From the NCBI GenBank assembly GCA_046563655.1, contig CM102285.1, positions 2,046,001-2,110,000 of the forward strand: a DNA stretch of 64,000 bases, written 5' to 3'. Every line of letters begins with the position of its first letter. Position 1 is the first letter of the stretch. The notes beneath the pieces were generated by a model that was not told where the DNA came from, did not search any database, and worked only from the letters and a program-made list of their open reading frames with translations. Source of the stretch: Yuukianura sp. NJ FZ-2021. Its lineage: Eukaryota. Both the position numbers and the translations under genes were made by a program. Shown piece by piece: positions 26,848 through 39,439 of the stretch.

Positions 26848-27109
26848 ATTTGTATGTGAATATAATTAAATAAATTTGCAATAGTTAAAGTGTAAGCTAT
26901 AATCGGGTTGATTGATTTAATACAATTCAATGATTTAATGATTAATATTATATTATTTAACTTTCAATTGCATAAGGGTTGGTTTTTTTTAAATCTATTT
27001 CCGAGTGAATCGTTTTTATATATAGAACGTAGTAATGTACATGGAACATAAAAGTTGATAAAATTATGTTTTTTTTTTCATAAAAACTCGACAAATCAAA
27101 TATGTTCAT

Positions 27110-29444
27110 TTAATGCATCCGAAATTTCCTGTCGAAATAGCGTTGATTGATGTTAGAAATGAGCAATTTCCTCTCGTTCATAAACTCATCTCGCATTTTC
27201 TTGGCTTTATCCAAGGTCAAAGGCCACTCCAAAAACTTTAGAATGTGCTCAACAATTTCAAATGGCAGAGTGTCAAATGGCGGGATTTTCCAAAGTTCTT
27301 CCGAAAACCAATCAAGTTGTTGCGGCGGAACTGTTGAACTTGACGTAATTGGAGTAGCTGGATTAACCAAGTAAAACACTAACATTTTACTGTGACCAGG
27401 TTTAGACGAATCACTCTGTTGAAAAGGCTGGACACGATGCTGAAAACTATTTGGGTAACAAAGACATCTCCCCTCGGGAGTGAGGACGGATCCAAGCTGT
27501 TGATTGAGACTTCCGTTGTCATGGAGACCATAAGTAGTTGCGAATATACGTTCAGTGTCGTACCCTGCTGACCTTGGTTCTCTAACGGCACATCGAAAAG
27601 CGAGATCACTTTCGGAGATATTACAGATATCGTAGTAGTAGATTCCAGTGGCGACGATGTTCTCATTTTTTATTCCATCGACATCCCATGCTCCACCGGT
27701 GTAGCCATGGCTACCTGGAGCCAGAACGCTGCTGGTAAACTTGACGATTACTTGCAATTTGGTCCCTAGGAGACAAATTTTGTTAGAAGTGGGTTGTCGC
27801 TTTGGTTGGATGAAGTGTTCTGATTCATCCGGTAACGGGATTGGCCGACTGTAATGCGCGCTGGAGGCTTCGCTGGCGATATTTCCTGTAAGATCGTTAT
27901 CGTATGTAGTTGAACTGCCACTACGTTCGACGGCTTCAGCACTATAGTCGGACAGATTCAGAGGTATGATTCTGGAAGTGTTACTTGCTATATCGTATGC
28001 TTGATCTGTCAACACATTTTCGAAGAGTGGTACAAATTTGGCGAAAATTTTCTCCAATGTACCATAAAGTGCAGCATGATGAACGGGATGTAGGTTGTTG
28101 ATGTACGAATCGATTCGTACCGTACCATCTTTCTTAATGTTAAACTCCGATGGAAGCCAACAGTACTTTTTTGAGCTTGAATACTTTTCAAGGTCGCTGA
28201 GCCAAGTATTGTCTAGTTGAAGAATTTTTCCGCTATTACAAAATTCCAATGTATTTTTCCTTAAAAATGGTTGTAAACTTTCGCGCGTTTGTCCATAACA
28301 AATTGGATACAGTGAAGGATTAATCAAATCCAACACTTGATTATCTAGTCCTGGATGCCAATCTTTGTATTCTCCTGGAACGCTTTCTAGGTTTGTCACG
28401 CCCTCTAGTAACTCCTGTCTCAGATTTTTTTCAATCAAACCATCTGAGTGCCACACACCATCAACATCTGACATTTGCACGTCTGTGATTGGATCTCTAA
28501 GAGATGCATAGTATTCCAGTTCTTCGAAAATGTAGGAAACTTGGTTATGCGTGAAACCTTGGTCAGTAGCTTTCTGTTTCCACTCGGATACGGTTTCTGG
28601 ACTTTTGATTTTGTCAAACCAAAATGGTTTTCGTCGAAGACTACCACTTAGTCGAATCATTTCAAGTTCCCGAAGTGTTTTCATTGTGTATCCTACTTCG
28701 TATCCCCATACTATTTCAAGCGGAGTGGCAAATTTTGGCCAATCATAGTCCTCTCTGTGGAACAACCCCACTGTTGCTATGACTTTCGTGTATGTTACTT
28801 GTATGTCAGGGTTTCTCTGGACTCTGAATGTTTTAGTAACTTTTCTGTATAATTCGACGCTTGAGTCACATATGATTGGATTTTTTCGAGAATATGGTTT
28901 CCATCTACCCTGCAAGACTGATAGCGCTGGAGAAAGGAAGTCGTAAAAATCTCCGCCGAACGAAATCACTTTTTGTTCAGTTTGTCCTGCACAAGCGCCA
29001 TAGCGTTAGACAAAAAAAAAAATTCAAAATTCCAAAGTTATTCAAAAAGTCAAAACCTAAATTCACAAATGGAAATTGGACGTTGGACTTACTTGTTTGT
29101 GTGGCTGTTACAGTGTAAATACACTGTATGCGGAATGTTGCCAAGTAGAATGACATAGGAATTTCCTTGATCCTAATGCCGCCAATAGTCGGAGGAAGCG
29201 AATCCCATAGGTAGTTTTTAAAATCCCAGCTCGTGACGTACGGATTGATTTTTGTGTCCAATGCCATTTTAAATGTTAACAATAAGTCCTTATCCATACA
29301 TTTCACTTGACCCGCATGACCTTGACCTGTGTTAGCTGAACCGACGACCTCGACGTGGATGGTGCGGCACTGCTTCTCCCAAGGTGTTTTTGAGTCCAGC
29401 GATTCAAAGTCAAGTAACCATTGTTGCTCCACTGTTGTAGCCAT
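27110..29444 (-). CDS. DUF4246-family protein (2OG-Fe(II) dioxygenase-like fold) with an N-terminal extension; probable exons 29444-29093 and 28968-27110
   Basis: Family-typical motifs DWHPG..QVLDLI.PSLYP, WLPSEF, IDSYINNLHP, LQVIVK, NE.IVATGIYYY, PNSFQHRVQPF, KPGH; the GTAAGT donor joins the upstream ORF in frame (weak, A-rich acceptor). Confidence 0.85.
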
Positions 29445-29636
29445 GCCAGCTATTCAATGGGTTTTAATTTGTTTTGCGCAAGACGCAGTATGTGATTAAG
29501 TGTGCTGTAAGTGCTGCATAATACATAGGAGCAAAAACGCTCCTGACGCTCGAAATAAAATTTAATCTAATCCGATTGACGGAGTTATCTTCACAAAAAA
29601 TATCAGTTTGCTGTTTCAAATTTAATCTTTACTGCG

Positions 29637-29738
29637 GTAAAACCAACGTAACTAAACGATCGGTGGTGTACCTATCTAAAAGATAGGTACACTGCGCATT
29701 CTAGAAAGCGACATTTTGTTTAGTTATGTTGGTTTTAC
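29637..29738. repeat. ~100-bp hairpin / mini inverted-repeat element between divergent genes
   Basis: GTAAAACCAACGTAACTAAAC vs GTTTAGTTATGTTGGTTTTAC; inner stem GTGTACCTATCT/AGATAGGTACAC. Confidence 0.7.
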
Positions 29739-30502
29739 TAAATTCAAATTTTCTTTTTTTTTTCTTAACAGGTTATATCATAATTTTTTTTTTTCAAATT
29801 TTCAAATTTTAGAGGCGCATATTTCATCTGACGCAGCTCTGTTGCGTTAGCAATTCGAAATCAAAACCATGAGTCAGCAACGTGAAAAATCAACAATTTC
29901 AGAGATTATTGAAAAAATCAACAAAATTGGTTCAAAAGTTGCTTTTTGTGTTTTAAAAAAAAATCGGAGTTGTGGCATAACCTGTTAGTGCATTTGTATA
30001 AACGGAAAATATTTACTCTCTATATTTATTATGTCCTGGAATGTTAATACAAAAAAATATTTTTTTTGTTACTAAATATTTAATTATTTTACCGTACCCA
30101 TAATTCAAGAATATGGCTGAATTAATTTTTCGGTGCAGCAATAAAGCATTCCACCGTTGCAACACACTATTACAATGTCCGCATTTACGCTTTTAAAAAG
30201 CTTCCTGAATTACGAAGCATAAAAGAGATATTTTCTAAAGAAAAAAAAGGTTTACTATTACTAACGAACGAGAAAAGTTCAAGAATCTGCAGCAAAATTA
30301 CTGTTGTACAGATGCAAGTTCAGGCTAATTATGTACCACGCCCATTTCAAAAACACGCGAATGTTTGCCTTTTTTGAAAATTAATTTTTGGATCAATATT
30401 GTCTGCAAACTACCAAGGTATCACATTTTTTCTTATCTTACATATTACAACTGCGTTGCAGTTAACACCTAATTAAAAAAAAAGCTCAAACCTTTTTTCA
30501 AA

Positions 30503-33024
30503 ATGGTGAAATCAAAAACTTTCATTTGTTTCGTAATTTTGTGTAGTGTTCTAACAGGGTTTGCACAATTACGCTCCAGTGGTTACAGTAACTTGAAAAT
30601 TCCAGCAGGGAGAAAGCGACCTTTGACCACTACAACCACAACGCTTTCACCGGTACCACTACCTCCACAGTCACAAAAAATTTCAAGAATTGGTACAAAA
30701 ATGGGCATTGATAACACACCCAATAACAGACGCATCAACTACAACATCGAGACGCCAACACTACAACCAGAAGTAGACACCGCTCTTCTTCCGCGCAACT
30801 CCCATAAGTCTACTATGGTTGAAACTCTTATGCAGGATACTGTACCGCTTGAAGTTTATGCACCTAGAGTAATGGAATTTCAACCAATGATGAACGTAGT
30901 TAGTAATGAAGAGGCACAGTATTCAGGATTCGATGAGACACAATCGGAACCAATAGCTGTTGACGTGGCTATGCAGATTCAAAGCATTTGGGATATCAAT
31001 GAAAACGATCAGGTTAAAACTCGGCTATTATACAAGGATCAATTACAGATAAATCTGTAGGATCAAATTTATTAGTGCAAAACTCATAATTATGAAAATG
31101 TTGTCAAAATTTAAAATGTGCTTTTTAACTTTTCTTAAATTAGAAAGTTATAATTGAGATTGATCTGACGGTACACTGGAAAGACTACGAGTACATGCCT
31201 GAAGATGAGTCGTATGTGCCGCCAGAGGAGATGGAAAATGTGACTGATCTACTAAAACAGTTCGGTGGAGAACCCCTCTCAACTGCTGAATTCGATGAGT
31301 TGTGGAAACCTGACATTTTTATTGGTGAGGAAATTTTGAAAACATTTTCGCTGAAAGATAAAGATTGACATGATTTAATGATTTTTAGTAGTTATTTACC
31401 ATTACACGTTGAAAAAATTTATTTAACATTTGAAGAAAAATTTAACTAGCTTTGTGTATTCTGTAATGACATTAGAACGAGTTGTAGAAGTAACGAAGCC
31501 AACACTCCTTTCGAGTCCGGTCACCATTAGAACAATCAGAAATGCTTCAAGTATTGTATACAATACACGGTAAAGTTAGCCTATAAAATAATGATTTTAT
31601 ATTAATGGTTCCAAATTACATTTTTGTTATAGTGCTTGTGCGTTAATTTCGGAATGTAAAATTTTACGACAGTAACCAAGCAACCAAAATATTTTATTTT
31701 ACTTATAGGGCGAATATCAAACTGGATTGCCATATGAATTTTCGATTTTATCCGGCAGATACGCAACACTGTGTTTTAGACTTGCGTAGTTGTATGTTCC
31801 ATAACTGAAAACTTGAAACTTCATTCCATTTCGATTTCGAAACATATGCTCTCCTATTTAGATCAAAGTGACGAAAGCAAAATGAATCTTCGGTGGAATC
31901 CACTTCCTGGAGCATACCTCGTGGACATAACGACTGACGACAACTTTGACTTAAAATTGAGTTACGCTACAAAAAGAAAAAAACTAATCAAGGATATTGA
32001 CCTTGGTGGTAATTAGACGGGCTGTCTTGCTGAATCAAAATGAACAACAACTTACATGAAACAAATTTTTTGAAAAAAAAAAAAACTGGTAAAATTTTAG
32101 ATTCTGTTTTCGATGTGCTACAAATCAAATTGTCAATGAGACGGCGGTTGACCTATCACCTTCTTCAAACTTACGTGCCATCGGCGTTTTTAGTTTTCAT
32201 TACTTGGCTCAGTTTTCTTATTCCAGAGGAACTCATTGAAGCGAGAATTGGTACGCATACGCAAAATTTTTTCAAGTTCAAAAAAAAATTAGACTTTAAT
32301 TATACATTAGTTTAATATAGTAATAAATATATTGTTTACACATTTATAGGTATTACAATGACAACGTTGTTGGCTTTGACAGCTATGTTTGCTGGAGTCA
32401 GGTTTTCATTCTAAAAATTTTACTCATTTTTTATAAAGTATTTTACTGCCAAATTCTTTTGCAGAGAAAATACACCGGTTGTGAGCTACGTAAGGTATTG
32501 GAAGTGAAACAAAAAATATTTATAAAGTTACTATTAATTAAGAGATACTTATTTTCGAAAATCTATTTTTACAACTATGTCTTTGCTATACTAGAGCAAT
32601 CGACATTTGGATGGCCTACTGCATTTTTAGTGTGTTTTCTACACTACTTGAATTTGCATTTTTCATCCGTTTGAGAAGCTTCTTGGTTTCGAAGCAACAG
32701 AAGAAAGTTGAGGGTGTACACTGCGACAATTCAACCAAAACAATGCAAAACAAGGACGATTCGCAGAAACGTCTTCTTTGCAACTTAGGTCAACAAGAAC
32801 ACTGCGCAGACATACCAGAAGTTGCTTCAAGTGTCGCAGCGACTTTTGCATACAAAGCTAAAATTCTGGATCAAAGTGCCTGTGTCTTCTTTGTTGGAAA
32901 TTTTCTCATTTTCTGCATCATCTATTGGCCATGGATTTTGATTTCATCTGAACACAACTCTTGGCAAGTCAATTCAACCCTCAACGGAGATCCTGAAGAA
33001 GTAAACGATGGATTTCTGGCATAA
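30503..33024 (+). CDS. Cys-loop ligand-gated ion channel subunit (GABA/glycine/GluCl-like branch, divergent), multi-exon
   Basis: Signal peptide; LWKPDIFI; Cys-loop CHMNFRFYPADTQHC; M1 YHLLQTYVPS; M2 ARIGITMTTLL; SYVRAIDIWM; M4 IIYW. Confidence 0.93.
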
Positions 33025-33401
33025 TTTCTCAACTTTGCTCAAAATTTTCAAAATTTGCAATTTGTTAACAAAATTCAAACATATCTTATTATGCCTCGAA
33101 AGCCTCACAGGCGAAGCTTGACATAACATTAATCAATGTCCGTATGTACCACGCTAAACTAAATACATTCAGCATTTCCCAATCAACACCGACCTTTTGA
33201 CTAAACTTATGTTCAGTTCAGTCACTTATGTTTTTTAACTAAGAATTATTTTGCCGTCTCAATCAAAAAAGTAGCACAATTTCAACTGTTAATTCTGAAT
33301 TAACATTCACGTTCTCGAGTGATTAATTAAATTTTAAGAAATGAAAAGCAAGAACTGAAGAATCATTATTAGTTCCATGACCCTGGACATGTAGTTTTAT
33401 T

Positions 33402-34097
33402 GATTCCACGTCATTACATCAGTTCAAATACATAAGTGGCAATTATATAAGTGACAAAGACATCAGTGTCAATTACATCAGAAGGACAATTACATCCAAA
33501 GCAATTTTATAAGTTGGAATTAGATAATTGAATATAATTAATAATTCATTGTTGTTAAATTTTAGTTGGTAACATTGTTCTGACCTGAAATTTTTATGGA
33601 GGCACTGCATTCACCCCCTGATAATTAAAGTAAAATTCTGAAAAAAAATTTCAGAATCGTGTTCTTTGAGCGTCATAAATGCGTAACCTAACCTAACCTA
33701 ACGTAATCAGTACTGCGAACTTTAAAAAACCTATATAACTATAAGAAACTATAAACAAATGTTGTAATTGAACGAACAAAGCTTAATTCAATTAATTTGA
33801 TGACTAATAAACCCTTCACTTTTTTGCAGTGCACTTTTATTTCTAATTCTTGGATAAGTGATGTAAATGCTTTTGATGTAATTGCCCTACTGATGTAATT
33901 GACACTGATGTAAATGCTTTGGATGTAATTGTCCTACTGATGTAATTGCTCTTCTGATGTAATTGACACTGATGTAAATGCTTTGGATGTAATTGCTCTA
34001 CTGATGTAATTGCCCTACTGATGTAATTGACACTGATGTCTTTGTCACTTATATAATTGCCACTTATCTAATTGAACTGATGTAATGACGTGCTACG
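33402..34097. mobile_element. Foldback/Mutator-like non-autonomous DNA transposon
   Basis: ~95-bp TIRs (CACGTCATTACATCAGTTCAA... / ...TTGAACTGATGTAATGACGTG), 15-17-bp TGATGTAATTG subrepeats, 8-bp direct flanks GTTTTATT (33394-33401 and 34098-34105). Confidence 0.8.
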
Positions 34098-34112
34098 GTT
34101 TTATTTACAGCC

Positions 34113-34312
34113 ATGTCCAATTGCCTATACATTGTGTTTTGATTCATCCTTGTTACGATTGCAGCTCCGAAAGGCGGTGAGTAAAACATCGTGCTTTTTG
34201 TTAAATATACATCTTATCCTTCCAAAATTTTATACGACATATGCAATTAAATATGTGAATTTCTTATTAAAATTTTTGCGTCTGCAGGACCAAGGCGGGA
34301 AGAGCTGTGTGA
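34113..34312 (+). pseudogene. Diapausin-like peptide pseudogene
   Basis: Exon 1 homologous to the next two genes, but codon 10 GGA>TGA; exon 2 remnant GPRREELCE then similarity is lost. Confidence 0.75.
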
Positions 34313-34895
34313 AAATATCAACATTGAAAATATTCGCGAACAAACTTTCTCACCATGACTCTGACTCTGACTTTTCCTTTGCTTTTTTTTTCTTTGTTTA
34401 AATCCTTGTAATTTTTTTAATATCGGAAAATACTGTTCACTATACCTGAATACATCAAAGTATGAAATCTGCCAAGAATTTTGCCTGTAATGCCCCTGTG
34501 TTATTGAAATGAATAAGAATTTTTGTGGAAATGGCAAAATTTACAGATGTGAAAATGGGTTTATAGTGTCTTTAAAATTAACCGCTCAATAGTCTATAAT
34601 GTGCATGCGCGTTAGTACCACGCTCAACTAATACCACCACCGTTTGCCAATAAAAACCGACGTTTTTGACAAAACTAATGGTCATATTGTTTTACCTTGA
34701 AGCTGAAATTATATTGTCGTCTCAATCAAAAGAGGTAAAGCAATTACAATTTTAATTCGAAATTATTATCCATTGTGCTCGAGCATGTCGATTAATCATT
34801 AACTAAATTTTAAAACATCAAACAGAAAAACCGCAACTGAAAAGTCATTATAGTTCCGTGGGCCTAGACATGAAATTTGCTGTTTATTTACAGCC

Positions 34896-35256
34896 ATGTC
34901 CACTTGCACACACATTGTGTTTGGATTCCTCCTTATTGCGGTTGCAGCTCAAAACGGTTAATAAAACGACATACTTTTTGTAACTTATAGATCTTAACCT
35001 CTCAAAAAATTTTCAGGGAATATGTAATTTGTAAATGCCTATGTGAACTTCCTTTGTGTTTACCTAAATTTTTGTGTCTACAGGAGCAAGGCGGGAAGAT
35101 TTGTGTGACCACACTTGCGGAACAGGGGAAGACGCAGAACTTCATCTGTGCTGCTATAACATTTCGAATGACTACGCAAAGGGAAGCTGCAATGAAAAGA
35201 ATGAAGCCTTTTGTGAATGTGACTACTACGCAAATCGTCGTCACCTTCCTGACTAA
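34896..35256 (+). CDS. Secreted diapausin-like Cys-rich peptide; exons 34896-34956 and 35084-35256
   Basis: MSTCTHIVFGFLLIAVAAQNG signal, then C-x3-C-x10-CC-x11-C-x7-C (plus an extra Cys). Confidence 0.8.
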
Positions 35257-35425
35257 CTTCCACGGGCAGCTACATTTACAAAAAAAAAAGTCTATAAACT
35301 ATAAATAATTAAAGATAAATTAGTTTTTAAACAAACAAATTTTAAATTTTGAAAAAAAAATTAGCAACGAAGTGATGACGTTAGTTTATAAATGTAAAAA
35401 AAATATGAACACAAATATACGTTAT

Positions 35426-36150
35426 TAAGTATCGTCAGATACTTATAGGGATCGTAATGTCCGTCCGTCCGTCTGTCCGTCTGTCCGTCTGTCCGTCTGT
35501 CCGTCTGTCCGTCCGTCCGTCTGTTTACTAGCCACAACATCTCTGGAACCGCTGGACCGATTTTCAATCTGTCTTCACAGATGAACTACACATAGTCCAG
35601 GGGTGAACAAGTGGTTTTCGGTTTGACCGGAAGTGGCCAACTTCCGGGTCAAAGGTCAAGGTCAAGTACATTTTCGACGGAATTTGGAAAAATGGCCTCT
35701 ACAAAAGTTGTTCATCTCAATGAGAGGAACAACTTTTCTGTCGGCGATGTTAACCTTTGACCTACGGTTCTAGAGATATAGACGCTGCAAGTTGCAAAAT
35801 GGCGTCGCTCATGCTACGCGCGTCTATAACTTTGGAACCACTGAACCGATTTTTAACCTGTCTGCGCAGATGGCCTTCACATGGTACATGGGTGATTAAT
35901 CGGTTTCTGGTTTGACCGGAAGCGGCAAAATTTCGGCCAATCCTAAAGCGGCCAATTTCAAAAACCACCAAATTCTAAAGCCACCAATTCCTTAGCGGCC
36001 AATTTCTAAAGCCACCAATTCCTTAGCCGCCAATCCTAAAACAGCCAATTTCAAAAGCCGCCAATTTCTAAAGGTCAACAATATCCGGCGCGGGAACTCT
36101 CTATAATTGATCTGACGATACTTATTTACATCGTCTTTGCAAGAAGTTTA
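35426..36150 (+). mobile_element. Helentron-associated / DINE-1-like non-autonomous element
   Basis: Perfect 15-bp subterminal inverted repeats TAAGTATCGTCAGAT (35426-35440) / ATCTGACGATACTTA (36110-36124), 5' partial palindrome, (GTCY)n microsatellite 35459-35523, internal ~16-bp tandem repeats. Confidence 0.8.
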
Positions 36151-36557
36151 TTTCATTTGAAACAGTAAAAACAGATTTCACTGGTTCTCAAATATGTTAG
36201 TGGCAAGACTTGCACATCAAGATGGATAAAACCCTACGCTTAATAGTACATAATGCGCATGCGCAAAACCACTTCAGTTGTATTTTTTACTAAATCCTTT
36301 TCCATTTGCCAATTAAAACAGACGTGTCGACAAAACTTATGCCCATAATGTTTAACCTTGCCGTTGGATTATGTTGTCGCCTCAATCAAAAGAAGTACAG
36401 AGCAATCACAATTGTTAATTCGGAATTATCATCCATTGTGCTCGCTGATGCTGCAAATTAACTAAATTTAAAAAATCAAAAACAACAACCGTAAAACTAA
36501 CGAATCAGTACAGTTCCGTAATCTATAGCACGTGCAATTTCTTTTTTACTTACAACC

Positions 36558-36926
36558 ATGACCATTTGCCTATACATTGTGTTTGGATTCCTGATTGGTA
36601 TGGTTGCAGCTCAGCACGGTTAGTAAAACATCAGGATATTTTTGTAACTTGGCAAAATAGATCTTAACTTGGCAATATTTAATGAAATTTAAGAATTACA
36701 TGTAATTTTGTTTGTATTTACACAAACGTTTGTGTGTTCAGGACCAAGGCGTGAGGATTGGTGTGACCACACTTGCGGAACAGGGGATACCAAAGAACTT
36801 GAGCTTTGCTGCTCCAACATTGCGAATAACTACGGAGGACAAGGAACATGCAATGAAAACAATGAAGCCTTTTGTGAAGATGACTACTACGACTACTACA
36901 CAGACCCTCACGTTCCTGACGACTAA
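36558..36926 (+). CDS. Secreted diapausin-like Cys-rich peptide; exons 36558-36618 and 36742-36926
   Basis: MTICLYIVFGFLIGMVAAQHG, then CDHTC...CC...C...C with an acidic Asp/Tyr tail. Confidence 0.8.
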
Positions 36927-37722
36927 CGTCAAAAGGCAACTACATTTACAAAAAAAAGATCAATCCGGTAGTCAATCCTACAACTATAAATTGTTAAATA
37001 AAATGCTTCCTTCATCAACATTTCAGTAATTAAATTTGGAATAAACTTATTTTTAATAAAGTGTGGTGTGTAACATATGAATTCCAAGCTATATATGCAC
37101 GCTTGCATTCTCACGTACATTGTGTAACTGTAACCGGAGTTGGGCTGAAGTTTATTGCATGTGCCAATTGCATTATTTTATAATAAAATTTAAAACTTAC
37201 ATGTAGTGCTCAATGCCATATTGATATTATACTAAAAAACAACTTAAGTTCCAAACGAATGTCACAATTTGCCATCCATTCGCACAATATCATTTTAAAA
37301 ATTAATTGTGCTATGACTCATTTTAATATCAATTCAAGGAAAATATAAGGGCGGGCATTTTTGTGCGTAACTTTGAACTTTGACGAAGATTTAATGTAAA
37401 GTAAAAAAAAACCGCAAGCGTGTCTTGCAAGCCTAATTAATTTTTTTTTTAATTTTTTGCCCGTGATACTTTTGAGAATATGAAAATTAAAAATACTGTA
37501 AAAAATGAAATGCTTTTTTTTAAACCGCTTTTTGAATTTTTCTTGAATTGTCCTTCATTTTCAAGTCGGAATTGACAATAATAATGTAATTTCCTTGTTT
37601 ATTGCCTTTTGTTATCGAATCAGTGTGAATATCAGCGTCGGAAAATTGTTAACGTTTAAAAACTATAATTGCCGTATCAGTTCGACTTTTAACTTAGCAT
37701 TGGAAACGGTGATCCGTACGAC

Positions 37723-38257
37723 ATGCGCAGGAGTCTTGCAGTCGGGTTGTCGGTTTTGTTGCTTCTGGGTTTTGCAACAAAAATTGGTCAGTACTTACGC
37801 ATGTTCTTGCCACTAAAAGCAATATTAATTTTTTTCTTTGTAAAAAAACGAATAACAAATTTCCTATATACCCGGAATTCCTTTTTCAAGTAGAATTGAA
37901 CAGTCATTTTTATAACTTCAGAAAAAACAATTACAGGAAACAAAGCAGTAGTAGTTACTCCCTCCACTAGGATTGCGCTCACCTTCATCACATACGTGTG
38001 TTATATCACGCGTCTGTTTGTGGATTTGTACGGTGGATTTGTACGTTAGTTGTACTAATGACCTGTTTGTTTGATTCACATTAGGTTGTGAACCAGAAGA
38101 TGGAGTGCCTCAGCCAAAATGCAACAAGCTTTGTGACGACGACGACGGCGACGTTTCAGAATGTTGCGTAAAGCAAAGCGGCGGAAAATTAAAATTTGGA
38201 GGATGCATTCCAGATGACAAAACTGACAAATTTGTAGCGCACTGTTTTGCTGACTAG
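37723..38257 (+). CDS. Divergent secreted diapausin-like peptide (not in the ORF track); exons 37723-37786 and 38085-38257
   Basis: MRRSLAVGLSVLLLLGFATKIG-CEPEDGVPQPKCNKLCDDDDGDVSECCVKQSGGKLKFGGCIPDDKTDKFVAHCFAD*; phase-1 intron as in the neighbours. Confidence 0.78.
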
Positions 38258-39439
38258 CTTTATGTTGAGCTCCTGGCTAACGACAAATAACCACATCCGA
38301 GAAAGACCGATTAATACTTTCATTTTGAAGTAAGGTTAATTATAGTCTAAACAATTTTACCGTTGTTAAATTACTTCGTTCATTATCGTCAATGTCAGTG
38401 AAAGGTTTACAATTCTGAAGACACGTTTCATCTGCTAAGTGCACTGAAATAAACATGTAGAGCCATAACATTGTGACATTTATTCGGACTTTTTAAACTG
38501 AATTTGTCATTAAGCAGCATACCCTGCCTCTATTTACCGTAAAATTCCTGATGGCCCGACCAAAATCTCAAGTTTTACTGCACGCGTTAGCCGAATTGAG
38601 TTGAATACTGGTCTTGTTGGCAGGCGGGCTAATTTTTGAAATTTTACGGTAAGCTATGTATAAATTTATTATTTATTCCCAAGACAACGAACTAAGGCGG
38701 TGTTGCTAGGTACTTGGAAAATGATGCGACGTCTGCGTATCTTAGCTCATAGCTTACCGCTCAATATTCTAAATCTACAAAACAAATCAGGAATTCGCAC
38801 GCGTCATTTCAAAAATCCTTCAAAACATAAACGAAACGGCCGTTCGTTTCGTTTCGTTTCCGTTTTATAAACGAAACGGCGGCAACCCTAGTCATTTGAG
38901 AAGTAAACAAAATCGGAAATCGTTTTCCAATTTGATTGTGGATAAATAAATGTAATTTCGTATTCAATTTACACGATAAAAGAATGGCAAAAGTCCGTTA
39001 ATAATAACGATGTGTTATCGTAACTATGGAACTCAAGTTAAAAATACCTCCACGATCGATTTCTGTTATACAGATTTCTGTATTTGTGTTCAAGATTTAA
39101 CACTTTTTGATTAAAAACACCGTGATTGATCAAGTTTTAGACAATTTTTTTTTACATAGTACACTATGTTTTGTCCACAACGCCACGAAAATGTGAAAGT
39201 CCACAGGCCAAAACGTTCTCCAAGTTAATGGGATTTTTAGGACGTATGATTTCATTTGAGGTAAAGTGTATCATTTAATTGCATTTTCAAATTAACTTGT
39301 ACCTATCACATTATTAACTGTCACGTAACATCCACCTAAGTTGTTGTTTCATAAATACGACTGCGAAAAGTTTGAAAGTGTCAAACATTCTTAAACTTGA
39401 TTGATGCGACATAACTTAATCTAGCCCAGTTGTAACATC

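Noticed and set aside
28900-29444. Faint small-GTPase-like motifs (VVGSANTG, WDF) in the DUF4246 N-terminal extension
   Set aside because: No GK[ST], DxxG or NKxD motif; cannot be supported without a profile search
33685-33702. (CCTAA)n telomere-like run
   Set aside because: Only about 3 units, inside a transposon
33860-34040. Short repeats resembling a CRISPR array
   Set aside because: No unique spacers; these are subterminal repeats of a foldback transposon in a eukaryote
38830-38891. CGTTT repeats ending GGCAACCCTA (hAT-like terminus)
   Set aside because: No matching opposite end or TSD found
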